The notes under the pieces were generated by a model that saw only the letters and a program-made list of their open reading frames with translations, was not told the origin of the DNA and did no database searches. The position numbers were made by a program, and so were the translations under genes. Positions 20,507-32,435 of a DNA stretch of 64,000 bases are shown here, piece after piece (within the stretch, counting starts at the first letter, position 1; the number at the start of each line of letters is the position of its first letter). The DNA is taken from assembly GCA_041685435.1 (NCBI GenBank), contig JAWLFT010000002.1, positions 22,058 through 86,057 of the forward strand. The letters are read 5' to 3'. Source of the stretch: Roseovarius sp. GTDB taxonomy: Bacteria; Pseudomonadota; Alphaproteobacteria; Rhodobacterales; Rhodobacteraceae.

Positions 20507-21232
20507 TTATCGTTCATTATAGCGATATCCGATGCCATACAAAGTTTCTATCGCCGCGAAGTCCGGATCGACCTGACGCATCTTCTTGCGCAGACGCTTG
20601 ACATGGCTGTCGATGGTGCGGTCATCGACATAGATCTGGTCGTCATAGGCCACATCCATCAACTGGTCGCGTGTCTTGACGAAACCCGGCCGCTGCGCCA
20701 TCGCGTGCAGCAGTTGAAATTCCGTCACGGTCAGCGCGACATTCTGGCCTTTCCAGGTGACCGCGTGGCGCTGCGGATCCATCCGCAACGCGCCCCGTTC
20801 GAGCACCGGATCCACCTCCTCTTCGGGCGGCCGTTCGCCGGCCGCGTCGTTGTGACGACGCAGCAGGGCGCGGATCCGCTCGACAAGGACGCGCTGCGAG
20901 AACGGCTTTTTCACGTAATCATCCGCGCCCAGACGCAGGCCGATCACCTCGTCGATCTCGTCATCCTTGGAGGACAGGAATATCACCGGGACGTGCCATT
21001 TGCCGCGCAGGCGCTGCAGCAGGTCCATCCCGTCCATGCGAGGCATCTTGATGTCGAGCAGCACAAGATCCGGCAGCTTCCGGCTGAACGCGTCGAGCGC
21101 CTGCTGCCCGTCATAAAAGGTCTCGACCTCGAAACCTTCCGCCTCCAGCGTCATGCTGACAGATGTGAGGATGTTGCGATCATCATCGACGAGCGCGATT
21201 CTCCGCGCCGATGTCCGGTCTGTCTTGCTCAT
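20507..21232 (-). CDS. chvI: Response regulator ChvI
   Basis: [24 protein letters not shown] and [14 protein letters not shown] motifs; divergent from pckA. Confidence 0.95.
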   Translation of the reverse strand: MSKTDRTSARRIALVDDDRNILTSVSMTLEAEGFEVETFYDGQQALDAFSRKLPDLVLLDIKMPRMDGMDLLQRLRGKWHVPVIFLSSKDDEIDEVIGLRLGADDYVKKPFSQRVLVERIRALLRRHNDAAGERPPEEEVDPVLERGALRMDPQRHAVTWKGQNVALTVTEFQLLHAMAQRPGFVKTRDQLMDVAYDDQIYVDDRTIDSHVKRLRKKMRQVDPDFAAIETLYGIGYRYNER

Positions 21233-21570
21233 GTCTCACCCACCTTTTTCCGGCCGAGAGCGCCGCCGCGCCGAAAATTCGTAAACACCAAATTTGTTCT
21301 TTCCGTGACGGGCACTGTAACAGGAATTCCTTACAAATCACTGAATTCTTTCGAAATACCGCTAAGGTAGCCTTCGCCGATTTCAGCACATCGCAGGGTT
21401 GCAAGGTGTCCCACGTGATTGCGCTAACTGCGAAAAACGATCTGTTATTTCGCAAACCGCCCATGTTACGAGCATGTCAGCCGGGCGGGTTGCCCGACAG
21501 GCACCGCCCCGGTGTGGTGCCCATTCTGAGGCCGCAGGCGCGCGGCCATTATGCACAGGAGCAAGGAATC

Positions 21571-23169
<1,599 letters not shown>

Positions 23170-23191
23170 TCGCCCTGCCACGACATGCCTG

Positions 23192-23226
23192 AAACGCCCC
23201 GGTCACCAGGGACACGGGGCGTTTTT
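23192..23226 (+). terminator. Intrinsic terminator after pckA
   Basis: AAACGCCCCG...CGGGGCGTTTTT stem with T-tract. Confidence 0.8.
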
Positions 23227-23243
23227 CATTCAAGGCCGGGCTG

Positions 23244-23612
23244 TCAGAAATGCGATTTCGGCTCGTCGGGTTTGCCCGCGCCCACCGCAAGCAGACCGGC
23301 AAGGCCGGCCATGCCGATGGGGAACATGGTGAACACGTTGAAGCCGAAGGCGTAATACATCAGCCCGGCCGCCACGATCAGCAGCACCCCGCCAAGCAGC
23401 GCGCGGATCTTCGCCATCGCGCCCCCGGCAATCGCCAGCAGCGGCGCCACAAAGCTGGCGATGCGGATCAGGCCCGGATCCGACACCTGACCGAGCAGCC
23501 CCTCGACCTCGCCAAAGCGATCGACAGCCTCGGTATAGCCATAGCTGAAAAACCCCACGAGGACCGCCAGGCACCCGCCGATGATCCCCAGAACCATTGC
23601 CGCACTCCGCAT
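23244..23612 (-). CDS. Small hypothetical membrane protein (~4 TM)
   Basis: Gly-rich hydrophobic segments; fills the gap with GGAAGGA RBS. Confidence 0.8.
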   Translation of the reverse strand: MRSAAMVLGIIGGCLAVLVGFFSYGYTEAVDRFGEVEGLLGQVSDPGLIRIASFVAPLLAIAGGAMAKIRALLGGVLLIVAAGLMYYAFGFNVFTMFPIGMAGLAGLLAVGAGKPDEPKSHF

Positions 23613-23654
23613 CGTTCAAATCCTTCCTGCCTGCAGATCCGGTGACGCGGCGCG

Positions 23655-23969
23655 TTACCCGCGCAACGCCTCTTGGGTGTCCTTGCCCCATCCAAGATAC
23701 AGCGTGCCGTCCCGCTCGATCAGCGGGCGCTTCATCAGCGTCGGGTGATCGGCCAGCAGCGCCAGCGGATCGCGCGCCCGCTCGGCCTCGGACAACTGGC
23801 GCCACGTGGTCGATCTGCGATTCACCAGATCCGCGCCGAACCGCGCATGCGCCGCCCGTGCCACATTCTCGGGCAGACCGTTCGCGCGCAGATCGTGAAA
23901 CTCCGCCGTCTCCAAGGATTTCAGGGCCTTGCGGCAGGTATCACAGGTTTTCAGGCCATACAGTTTCAT
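23655..23969 (-). CDS. ArsC/Spx/YffB family protein
   Basis: YGLKTCDTCRKA, NRRSTTWR and HPTLMKRP motifs. Confidence 0.9.
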   Translation of the reverse strand: MKLYGLKTCDTCRKALKSLETAEFHDLRANGLPENVARAAHARFGADLVNRRSTTWRQLSEAERARDPLALLADHPTLMKRPLIERDGTLYLGWGKDTQEALRG

Positions 23970-24174
23970 TGGCACCCCTTTTTGTTTGCCGCCTCAATAC
24001 CGGGCAAATGCGCCCGCGTCACTGAGTTTAGCTTGATTTTTACATGACTGGTGCAATCATCAACCCGTCACCGAGGCAGACATGGCGTTTTGCAGCACAC
24101 CGCCCGGTCCTGCGGCTTCGGTGTCGAGGATGGCCCGGCATATTCCGGGGACGCGAAGACAAAGGAGAAGCGGC

Positions 24175-24381
24175 ATGCCAACCGGCACCGTGAAGTGGTT
24201 CAATACGACAAAAGGCTACGGCTTTATCGCGCCCGAGGACGGCGGCAAGGACGTGTTCGTGCATATTTCTGCGGTCGAACGGTCAGGCCTGACCGGGCTT
24301 GCGGACAATCAGAAGGTCGCGTTCGAGTTGATGGACGGGCGCGACGGCCGTCAGATGGCCAGCGATCTGAAGCTGCTTTGA
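24175..24381 (+). CDS. cspA: Cold-shock protein
   Basis: GTVKWFN, KGYGFI and DVFVHIS motifs; AAGGAG RBS. Confidence 0.95.
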   Translation: MPTGTVKWFNTTKGYGFIAPEDGGKDVFVHISAVERSGLTGLADNQKVAFELMDGRDGRQMASDLKLL

Positions 24382-24435
24382 CCGCAGACCCATGTGCTGC
24401 GACGCTTCGCATGTCAGAGCGGACGCAGAGGCCGG

Positions 24436-24461
24436 GATGGGACGCGGGGACGCGTCCCGTC
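24436..24461. terminator. GC-rich hairpin between convergent cspA and riboflavin synthase
   Basis: GATGGGACGCG-GGGA-CGCGTCCCGTC; no clear T-tract. Confidence 0.45.
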
Positions 24462-24486
24462 ACCTGAAGATAAGTGACGCAGCCCG

Positions 24487-25074
24487 TCAGGCCGTTTCCG
24501 CAAGCCGCGCCACGTAGCGCGCCAGCGTGTCGATCTCCAGATTGACCTGATCGCCCACGGCGACATCGCCCCAGGTGGTAACGCCCTTGGTGTGAGGAAT
24601 GAAATTGATGCCGAACTCGGCCCCGTCCACGTCGTTCACCGTCACCGAGGTGCCGTTCACCGCGACCGATCCCTTGGGCGCGATGAACCGCGCCAGATCG
24701 CCCGGTGCGCGCAACGTGACCCGCGTGCTGTCGCCATCGTCGCGCAGGCCCACGACCTCGGCCAGACCGTCGACATGGCCGGCCACGATATGACCGCCCA
24801 GTTCGTCGCCGACCCGCAGCGCGCGTTCGAGATTGACGCGTGTGCCGTCCCGCCATTCCGACAGGTTGGTCTTCGACAGGGTTTCCGCCGACACATCGAC
24901 CGCGAACCAGTCCGGCCCCAGATCGACCACGGTCAGGCAAGCGCCGTCACAGGCGATCGAGGCCCCGATGGTGATGGTGCCGGTATCGTACCCCGTGCCG
25001 ATCCGCGCCCGCATGTCGCCGCGCTGCTCGATGCTGCGGATCTGCCCCATATCGGTGATGATGCCGGTGAACAT
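24487..25074 (-). CDS. ribE: Riboflavin synthase (alpha chain)
   Basis: MFTGII, GASIACDGACLTV, VNLERAL, GGHIVAGHVD and KGSVAVNGTS motifs. Confidence 0.95.
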   Translation of the reverse strand: MFTGIITDMGQIRSIEQRGDMRARIGTGYDTGTITIGASIACDGACLTVVDLGPDWFAVDVSAETLSKTNLSEWRDGTRVNLERALRVGDELGGHIVAGHVDGLAEVVGLRDDGDSTRVTLRAPGDLARFIAPKGSVAVNGTSVTVNDVDGAEFGINFIPHTKGVTTWGDVAVGDQVNLEIDTLARYVARLAETA

Positions 25075-25251
25075 CGACGGCTCCTTTGCTGCTTCACTCC
25101 GGACCTAGCCCCGCCCGAGGCGCAAGACAAGCCGGCCCCGGACCGCAGGGCTTATTTTCCGGGCCGTCATCGTCTATCACCGTCACTCAACCGGCGACGC
25201 GCCCGCACCGGGCCACCGCAGACATGAAAGGCCGGACATGACAGGGCACAT

Positions 25252-26544
25252 ATGACAGACCCGACCGGCACGCAGCGCACGTTTCTCTTTCTTCAGGGGC
25301 CGCACGGACCTTTCTTTCACCAACTGGCACGGATGCTGCGCCGGGCGCGGGCCAAGGTCTGGCGCGTCGGCTTCAACGCCGGCGACCGCGCCTTCTGGCC
25401 CGACGGCGCGCGCTACATCGCCTTTCGCGGCGGGGCCGAGGACTGGCCCGACCACCTGCGCCACCTGATCAGCGACAAGGCGATCACCGATCTCGTGCTC
25501 TACGGCGACACCCGTCCCATCCACGCGCAGGCCGCCTGCATCGCGCGCGCCGCCGGCCTGACGGTGCATGTGTTCGAGGAAGGCTACATGCGGCCCTACT
25601 GGGTCACCTACGAGCGTGGCGGCGCCAACGGCCATTCCCGGCTGATGGAGATCGGCCTGTCCGACATGCGCGCCGCGCTGGAGCATCCGCATGCCGACAC
25701 CGCCCCGCCCCCGGCAAGCTGGGGCGACATGCGCCAGCACATCTTCTACGGCGCGCTCTATCACTGGGTCGTGCTGTGCCTGAACCGCGGCTACCGGGGC
25801 TTTCGCCCGCATCGCGCGCTTAGCGTCGGGCAGGAGTTTTCGCTCTATCTCAAGCGGCTTCTGCTGATGCCGGCGCACGCGGTGGACCGGCGCATCGCCA
25901 CGCGGCGCATCCGACGGGGCGGCTTTCCCTATCACGTGGCGCTGCTGCAACTTGAACACGATTCGGCGATCCAGGCGCATTCGCCCTTCACCACGACGGC
26001 GGATTTCCTCGAGATCGTGATCGACGGCTTTGCCCGCGGCGCGCCGGCGCATCACCACCTCGTGGTCAAGGCGCACCCGCTGGAGGATGGCCGCGCGCCG
26101 ATCCGCGCCACGCTGCGCCGTCTGGTGCGCGATCACGACCTGCAGGGCCGGGTGCATTACCTGCGCGGCGGCAAGCTCGCGCAGCTACTCGACGAGGCGC
26201 GCAGCGCGGTCACCGTCAATTCCACCGCCGGACAGCAGGTGCTCTGGCGCGGGATCCCGCTGCGCACCTTCGGGCACGCGGTCTATGCCAAGCCGCAGCT
26301 TGTCTCGGATGCCCCCCTGCCCGATTTCTTTGCCGCCGCCGACCGGCCCGACCGCACCGCCTATGCCGATTATCGCCGCTTCCTTCTGGAAACCAGCCAG
26401 ATCCCCGGCGGCTTCTACTCGGCGCGCGGCCGCCGGCAGGTGCTGCGCCAGGTGGTGGACATGATGCTCGCGCCCGACGATCCCTATGACGCGCTGATCC
26501 GGGGCACCGCGGCACCGCGGCAACAGTTAAGGCTTGTCCCCTGA
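25252..26544 (+). CDS. Capsule biosynthesis protein, KpsS-like
   Basis: FLFLQGPHGPFF, VFEEGYMRP, LQLEHDS, VKAHP and TVNSTAG motifs. Confidence 0.85.
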   Translation: MTDPTGTQRTFLFLQGPHGPFFHQLARMLRRARAKVWRVGFNAGDRAFWPDGARYIAFRGGAEDWPDHLRHLISDKAITDLVLYGDTRPIHAQAACIARAAGLTVHVFEEGYMRPYWVTYERGGANGHSRLMEIGLSDMRAALEHPHADTAPPPASWGDMRQHIFYGALYHWVVLCLNRGYRGFRPHRALSVGQEFSLYLKRLLLMPAHAVDRRIATRRIRRGGFPYHVALLQLEHDSAIQAHSPFTTTADFLEIVIDGFARGAPAHHHLVVKAHPLEDGRAPIRATLRRLVRDHDLQGRVHYLRGGKLAQLLDEARSAVTVNSTAGQQVLWRGIPLRTFGHAVYAKPQLVSDAPLPDFFAAADRPDRTAYADYRRFLLETSQIPGGFYSARGRRQVLRQVVDMMLAPDDPYDALIRGTAAPRQQLRLVP

Positions 26545-26635
26545 GATTGTGTCCCCCGCAGGCTGGATATTGCCGGGCAACGCCGCTAGCGTTTCGCCCA
26601 AACCCATAAAGACAACAGGTCGAGGAGGCCGGGCA

Positions 26636-27784
26636 GTGACACCCCGACACATGACAGCGGCAAGACCGCTCGCGCTTCTGGTCGCCATGATGCTGCTGGC
26701 CGGCTGTGCCCTGCCGCGCAGCGGCCCCGACAAGTCCGAAATCTACCAAAGCTCGGTCGACCAGCAGGGCGACGCCCATGTCGTGGATGTCGACACCCGC
26801 GTCGCGCGCCTCACAGACATGTCGCCGGCCCTCGGGTTTTCGCAGGCCTTCCGCAGCGCCGGCGTTCTGGGCTCCGACACGATCCGGCGCGGCGACACGC
26901 TTGGCCTGACGATCTGGGAAAACGTCGATGACGGGCTTCTGTCGGGGCAGCCCGGCAATCAGACCCTCCTGGAAGAGGTGCAGGTCGACGGCTCGGGCTT
27001 CATCTTCGTGCCCTATGCCGGCCGCATCAGGGCCGCCGGAAACACCCCCGAGGAGGTGCGCCGGGTGATCACCGAAAAGCTCGACCAGCAGACGCCGGAT
27101 CCGCAGGTCGAGGTGCGCCGCGTCGCCGGCGACGGCGCCACCGTGTCGATCAGCGGCGCGGTCACCGGTCAGGGCGTCTACCCGATCGAGGCTCCGACGC
27201 GCACGCTCTCGGCGATGCTCGCCGCGGCCGGCGGCATCGCGATAGAGCCCGAGACCGCGCAGATCACCGTGATTCGCGGCAATCAGAGCTCGCGCGCATG
27301 GTTTCTCGACCTGTTCAGTTCGCCGCAGGACGACATCGCCCTGCGCGGCGGTGACCGGATCCTTGTCGAGGCCGACACCCGTGCCTACACGGTGCTGGGG
27401 GCCACCGGCGGACAGGCCCGGGTGACCTTCCGGACACAAAGCCTCAGCGCGCTGGAAGGCGTGGCACAGGTCGGCGGGCTGACCACCGCCACCTCCGATC
27501 CGACCGGCATATTCGTGTTGCGCGACGAGCCCGCCGAGATCGCCAACACCGTGCTCGGCCGCGGCGATCTGGTGGGCGACCAGCGGATGATCTACGTGCT
27601 CGACCTGACGGCGACATCGGGCATGTTCCACGCGCGCGAGTTCGGGATCCGCGATGGCGACACGATCTACGTCACCGAGGCCCCGTTCGCGAGGTGGTCC
27701 AAGATCGTCGCGTCGCTGACCGGCACTCTGGGGGCCGTCGGCTCGGTCTCGACCGCGGCCAGCACGCTCGACGGTGATTTTTGA
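26636..27784 (+). CDS. Polysaccharide export outer-membrane lipoprotein (Wza/OPX family)
   Basis: Lipobox LLAGC, PRSGP, VDGSGFIFVPYAG and YVTEAP; GTG start with GAGGAGG RBS. Confidence 0.9.
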   Translation: MTPRHMTAARPLALLVAMMLLAGCALPRSGPDKSEIYQSSVDQQGDAHVVDVDTRVARLTDMSPALGFSQAFRSAGVLGSDTIRRGDTLGLTIWENVDDGLLSGQPGNQTLLEEVQVDGSGFIFVPYAGRIRAAGNTPEEVRRVITEKLDQQTPDPQVEVRRVAGDGATVSISGAVTGQGVYPIEAPTRTLSAMLAAAGGIAIEPETAQITVIRGNQSSRAWFLDLFSSPQDDIALRGGDRILVEADTRAYTVLGATGGQARVTFRTQSLSALEGVAQVGGLTTATSDPTGIFVLRDEPAEIANTVLGRGDLVGDQRMIYVLDLTATSGMFHAREFGIRDGDTIYVTEAPFARWSKIVASLTGTLGAVGSVSTAASTLDGDF

Positions 27785-29811
27785 CAGCCGTCACCGATGC
27801 CGGCTTCGGTGCGGATCCCGCCGGCGCACCGCGTCGCCGGCGGGTCTTTCATTACAACGCAGGGTTCCTGCGCCAGCCACGACTGCGCCGTATCCTGACA
27901 CTTGCAGGATATGATCTGCGCCTCGGCTGGCCGTCACCGGACGATCTCGTCGGCGTCTGGGGCCGCAGCCCCCATGCGTGGCGCGGCGAGGCTGCGGCGG
28001 CCCGCAACGGCGCGGGCCTTCTGCGGGTCGAGGACGCCTTCCTGCGCTCGCTCTTTCCGGGACGTTCCGGCGCGCCCGCCTTGGGTCTGCTGCTCGACCG
28101 GCGCGGTGTGCATTTCGACGCGCGCCAGCCCTCGGATCTCGAACATCTGCTGGCCACGCATCCGCTTGACGACCCGGCGCTGATGGCCCGCGCGCGCGGC
28201 TGCATGGCGCGGCTGCAAGAGGCGCATCTGACGAAATACAGCGCCGTGGACCCTGCCCTGCGCTGTCCCGATCCGGGTCATGTGCTGGTCATCGACCAGA
28301 CGCGCGGCGATGCCTCGATCACCCATGGCGGAGCGGACGCAGACACCTTCGGCGACATGCTGGACCGGGCGCGCCACGACCATCCGGACGCCCGCATCGT
28401 CATCAAGACCCATCCCGAGACCGCAGGCGGCCACCGTCCCGGCCATTATTCCGAGGCCGACGCGGATGACCGCACGCAGCTGCTCGGCGATCCGGTCAGC
28501 CCGTGGACGCTGCTCTCGGGCGCGCGCGCCGTCTATACCGTCACCTCGCAGCTGGGGTTCGAAGCGATCTGCGCCGGTCACCGACCGCAGGTCTTCGGTC
28601 AGCCCTTCTATGCCGGCTGGGGCCTGACCGACGATCGGCACCCGCAGCCCCTGCTGCGGCGCGGGCGCACACTGGAGCCACTGCAGATTTTCGCCGGGGC
28701 CATGCTGCTCTATCCGGTCTGGTACGATCCGCATCGCGACCGGCTTTGTGATGCGGAAACCGCGATCGAGGCGCTCGCGGCCGAGGCGCGCGCGTGGCGC
28801 GAGGACCGGCAGGGCTGGACCGCCCACGGCATGCGGCTGTGGAAACGCGCGCCGCTGCAACGCTTTTTCGGGCGCCATGCCCGGCTGCGCTTCGGCGCCC
28901 CGCCTCGGGACGACCGCCCCGCGATGGTCTGGGCCACGCACGCCCGAGCGGCCCCTGAGGCCGCCACACGGGTCGAGGACGGCTTCCTGCGCTCGCGCGG
29001 GCTCGGGGCCGAACTCATCCCGCCCATGTCACTCGCTCTCGACGATCTCGGGATCTATTACGATCCGGCCACCGAAAGCCGGCTGGAATGGCTGATCGCG
29101 GCCCGCGCCACGCTGCGCCCCGCTCAGGCATTGCGCGCCGAGCGACTGATCACCGCGCTCACGACCCATGGCCTCAGCAAGTACAACCGCGGCACCCCCC
29201 CGCCTGAACTGCCTGAGGGCACCCGCATCCTCGTCCCAGGTCAGGTCGAGGATGACGCGTCGATCAGGCTTGGCGCAGGAGCGATCGCCACCAATCTCGC
29301 GCTGGTGGAAACCGCGCGCGCGGCAAACCCCGACGCAGTGATCCTCTACAAACCGCACCCGGATGTCGAGGCCGGGCTGCGCCCCGGTGCCGTGCCCGAG
29401 GCCGAGCTGCGCGATCTGGTCGATGCGACGCTCACCGACACCGACCCGGCGCAACTTCTGGCGCTGGTTCACGGCCTCTGGACGATGACCTCGCTACTGG
29501 GGTTCGAGGCGCTTCTGCGCGGCGTGCCGGTCACCACCACCGGCGCGCCCTTCTATGCCGGCTGGGGCCTGACCCGCGATCTCGGGGACATGCCCGCACG
29601 GCGCAAGGCGACCCCCACGCTCGCCGGCCTCGTCCACGCCACGTTGATCGACTACCCGCGCTATCTCGATCCCGTCACCGGCACGCCCTGCCCGGTCGAG
29701 GTGGTGGCCGACCGTCTCGCGCATGGCCCGCTGCCGGCCCAATGTCGGTCAAACCGTCTTCTGGCCAAGCTGCAGGGGGCCCTGGCCACCCACGCCCATC
29801 TCTGGCGCTGA
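27781..29811 (+). CDS. Capsule biosynthesis protein, KpsC-like (two tandem glycosyltransferase modules)
   Basis: Duplicated RVED(A/G)FLRS, K(T/P)HP and PFYAGWGLT motifs. Confidence 0.88.
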   Translation: MTAVTDAGFGADPAGAPRRRRVFHYNAGFLRQPRLRRILTLAGYDLRLGWPSPDDLVGVWGRSPHAWRGEAAAARNGAGLLRVEDAFLRSLFPGRSGAPALGLLLDRRGVHFDARQPSDLEHLLATHPLDDPALMARARGCMARLQEAHLTKYSAVDPALRCPDPGHVLVIDQTRGDASITHGGADADTFGDMLDRARHDHPDARIVIKTHPETAGGHRPGHYSEADADDRTQLLGDPVSPWTLLSGARAVYTVTSQLGFEAICAGHRPQVFGQPFYAGWGLTDDRHPQPLLRRGRTLEPLQIFAGAMLLYPVWYDPHRDRLCDAETAIEALAAEARAWREDRQGWTAHGMRLWKRAPLQRFFGRHARLRFGAPPRDDRPAMVWATHARAAPEAATRVEDGFLRSRGLGAELIPPMSLALDDLGIYYDPATESRLEWLIAARATLRPAQALRAERLITALTTHGLSKYNRGTPPPELPEGTRILVPGQVEDDASIRLGAGAIATNLALVETARAANPDAVILYKPHPDVEAGLRPGAVPEAELRDLVDATLTDTDPAQLLALVHGLWTMTSLLGFEALLRGVPVTTTGAPFYAGWGLTRDLGDMPARRKATPTLAGLVHATLIDYPRYLDPVTGTPCPVEVVADRLAHGPLPAQCRSNRLLAKLQGALATHAHLWR

Positions 29812-29818
29812 TCCGGGA

Positions 29819-29841
29819 TTCATCTTTCCTGAAATACTCAA
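29819..29841. repeat. Dispersed intergenic ~23-bp repeat, copy 2
   Basis: TTCATCTTTCCTGAAATACTCAA in the 42-bp gap between convergent kpsC and mltG. Confidence 0.75.
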
Positions 29842-29853
29842 AAGATACCGCAG

Positions 29854-31014
29854 TCAGTCGCCGGCGCGCTCCGCCTCTATCTCGCGCCAGCGGGCGACGT
29901 TGCGATTGTGCTCGGCCAGCGTCTCGGCAAAGGCATGCCCGCCCGTGCCATCGGCCACGAAATAGACGTAATCGGTGTCGGCCGGATCGACGGCCGCTTC
30001 GATGCTCGCGCGGCCCGGATTGGCGATCGGTGTGGGCGGCAGCCCGTCGATCGCGTAGGTGTTCCACGGTGTCTCGCGGTCCAGTTCGCTGCGCCGGATG
30101 CCGCGCCCCAGAACGCCCTGCCCCTCGGTGATCCCGTAGATCACCGTCGGGTCGGTCTGCAGCCGCATGCCGCGGTTCAGCCGGTTGATGAACACGCTCG
30201 CCACCTCGCGCCGCTCGTCCGGCACGCCGGTTTCCTTCTCGATGATCGAGGCAAGGATCAGCAGCTCTTGCGGATCCTTCAGCGGCAGGCCCTCGGCGCG
30301 GCCCTCCCATGCGGCGGCAAGGATGACCTCCTGCGCCCCGGCCATGCGCTCGAGGACGCCCGCGCGGCTGTCGCCGGCGCGCACCTCGTAGCTGTCGGAC
30401 GCGAGCGTGCCTTCATCGGGCACCACGTCCACCTCGCCTTCCAGCACGTCGACGGCGCGCAGCCCTTCGACGACCTGCCAGCTCGTGACACCCTCGGCAA
30501 AGGCGATCCGGTAGCGGGTGTCGGCGCGGCCGCGCACGGTCTCGTAGATATCGGGCGGGGTCGCGTCGGCATCCATCGGATCGAAGGACGCGCGCTCGGC
30601 GTATTGTCCCGATTCGGTCGCCAGCTCGCGCACCACGACCTCGGCGGAATTGACACCGACGCGCCAGATCACCTCTGTGCCGCAGGTGCTGGCCCCGCCG
30701 CGCGTGAGGATATCGCCGATCTCCTCCATGCTCGCGCGTTCAGGAATGAGCCACGCCCCGGCCTTGAGATCGTTCTCCTTGCCGGCGTAATCCATCCCGA
30801 TGCGCAGGATCGCGGCGTTGGTCACGGCGCCCTCCTGCTGCAGCCGGGTCGAGACCGGGCGCAGCGTGCTGCCCGGCGCAACCCGCACGCAGACCGCCTC
30901 TTCATGCGGGCCGTCGGCGGTGTATTGCGATTTCCCCCACAGGATGACGCTGCCCAGCAGAAACACGATCACCACCAGAAGCGTCAGGACGTTCGAGGCG
31001 ATATGCCGCCACAT
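29854..31014 (-). CDS. mltG: Endolytic transglycosylase MltG
   Basis: LASIIEKET, RLQTDPTVIYG, WNTY, GLPPTPIANPG and YFVADG motifs; follows fabF. Confidence 0.95.
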   Translation of the reverse strand: MWRHIASNVLTLLVVIVFLLGSVILWGKSQYTADGPHEEAVCVRVAPGSTLRPVSTRLQQEGAVTNAAILRIGMDYAGKENDLKAGAWLIPERASMEEIGDILTRGGASTCGTEVIWRVGVNSAEVVVRELATESGQYAERASFDPMDADATPPDIYETVRGRADTRYRIAFAEGVTSWQVVEGLRAVDVLEGEVDVVPDEGTLASDSYEVRAGDSRAGVLERMAGAQEVILAAAWEGRAEGLPLKDPQELLILASIIEKETGVPDERREVASVFINRLNRGMRLQTDPTVIYGITEGQGVLGRGIRRSELDRETPWNTYAIDGLPPTPIANPGRASIEAAVDPADTDYVYFVADGTGGHAFAETLAEHNRNVARWREIEAERAGD

Positions 31015-32273
31015 CAGCGCGGTGTCCCCACCAGCAGCGCCGCATTGGTGCCGCCAAAGCCGAAGCTGTTGGACAGCGCCACATCGATCCGGCGCGGCTG
31101 CTTGGCATTTGGCGCCAGGTGAAGCGGCGTCTCGACCGCCGGTCGGTCGAGGTTGAGCGTGGGCGGGGCGACCTGATCGCGGATCGCGAGGATCGAGAAG
31201 ATCGCCTCGACCGCCCCCGCCGCGCCCAGCAGATGCCCGACAGCGGATTTCGTGGAACTCAGCGTGGCGCGTCCCGCGGCCTCGCCCAGAAGCGTCTCCA
31301 CGGCCTTCAGCTCGATCGTGTCGGCCATGGTCGAGGTGCCATGCGCGTTGACGTAATCCACCTGATCGGGGCGCAGCCCGGCGCTTTTCAGCGCGGCCTT
31401 CATGGCGCGCAGACCGCCATCGCCATCCTCGGCCGGGGCGGTGATGTGGTAGGCATCGCCCGACATCCCATAGCCGAGGATCTCGCCATAGATCTTCGCG
31501 CCGCGCGCACGGGCGTGCTCGTACTCTTCCAGCACCACGACGCCCGCACCCTCGCCCATCACGAACCCGTCGCGATCCACATCGTAGGGGCGGCTGGCGG
31601 CTTTCGGGTCATCGGCGCGCTTGGTCGACAGCGCCTTGCAGGCGTTGAAGCCCGCGATGCCGATCTCGCAGATCGACGCCTCGGCGCCGCCCGCGACCAT
31701 CACGTCGGCGTCGCCGAACATGATCATCCGCGCGGCATCGCCAATGGCATGCGCGCCGGTGGCGCAGGCGGTGACCACCGAATGATTGGGCCCCTTGAAG
31801 CCGTAGCGGATGCTCACCTGGCCGGCGATCAGGTTGATCAGCGCGCCGGGGATGAAGAACGGCGAGACCCGCCGCACGCCCTTGTCGCGGATGAGGTTGG
31901 TGGTCTCCTCGATCGAGCGCAGACCGCCTATCCCTGACCCCATCATCACGCCGGTGCGTTCCAGATCCTCGGGCGCCTCGGGCCTCCAGCCCGAATCCTC
32001 GACCGCCTGCTGTGCCGCGGCCATGCCGTAGAGGATGAAGTGATCGACCTTGCGGCGCTCTTTGGGTTCCATGTAGCGGTCAGGGTTGAAGGTGCCGCCG
32101 CTGCCATCGCCGTAGGGGACCTCGCAGGCATATTTGGTCACCACATTCACCGGGTCGAACCGGGTGATGGTGCCCGCCCCGGACTGCCCGTCCAGAAGGC
32201 GACGCCAGCTTTCCTCGACCCCATCGGCCAATGGGGTCACGAGCCCCAGCCCCGTGACAACGACACGCCGCAT
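31014..32273 (-). CDS. fabF: 3-oxoacyl-ACP synthase II
   Basis: VTACATG, NAHGTST, GHLLGAAG and NSFGFGGTN motifs. Confidence 0.97.
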   Translation of the reverse strand: MRRVVVTGLGLVTPLADGVEESWRRLLDGQSGAGTITRFDPVNVVTKYACEVPYGDGSGGTFNPDRYMEPKERRKVDHFILYGMAAAQQAVEDSGWRPEAPEDLERTGVMMGSGIGGLRSIEETTNLIRDKGVRRVSPFFIPGALINLIAGQVSIRYGFKGPNHSVVTACATGAHAIGDAARMIMFGDADVMVAGGAEASICEIGIAGFNACKALSTKRADDPKAASRPYDVDRDGFVMGEGAGVVVLEEYEHARARGAKIYGEILGYGMSGDAYHITAPAEDGDGGLRAMKAALKSAGLRPDQVDYVNAHGTSTMADTIELKAVETLLGEAAGRATLSSTKSAVGHLLGAAGAVEAIFSILAIRDQVAPPTLNLDRPAVETPLHLAPNAKQPRRIDVALSNSFGFGGTNAALLVGTPR

Positions 32274-32435
32274 GATGTTGCCCTTTCAATCCTGTTTATC
32301 CGCGCCTGTTTAGCCCGGCTTTGCCCCGAGGGGCAAGGGCGACACGGACCGCATCTGCCCGGCATGGGAAAGCAGACGCCGTTTGCGCGTCACTGTACAC
32401 AACCGTACCCATTGGGAATCCCGGCAAGACGCGGA

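Noticed and set aside
25075-25251. FMN riboswitch upstream of riboflavin synthase
   Set aside because: No AGGGCGGGGTGAAATTCCC-type RFN motif on the minus strand.
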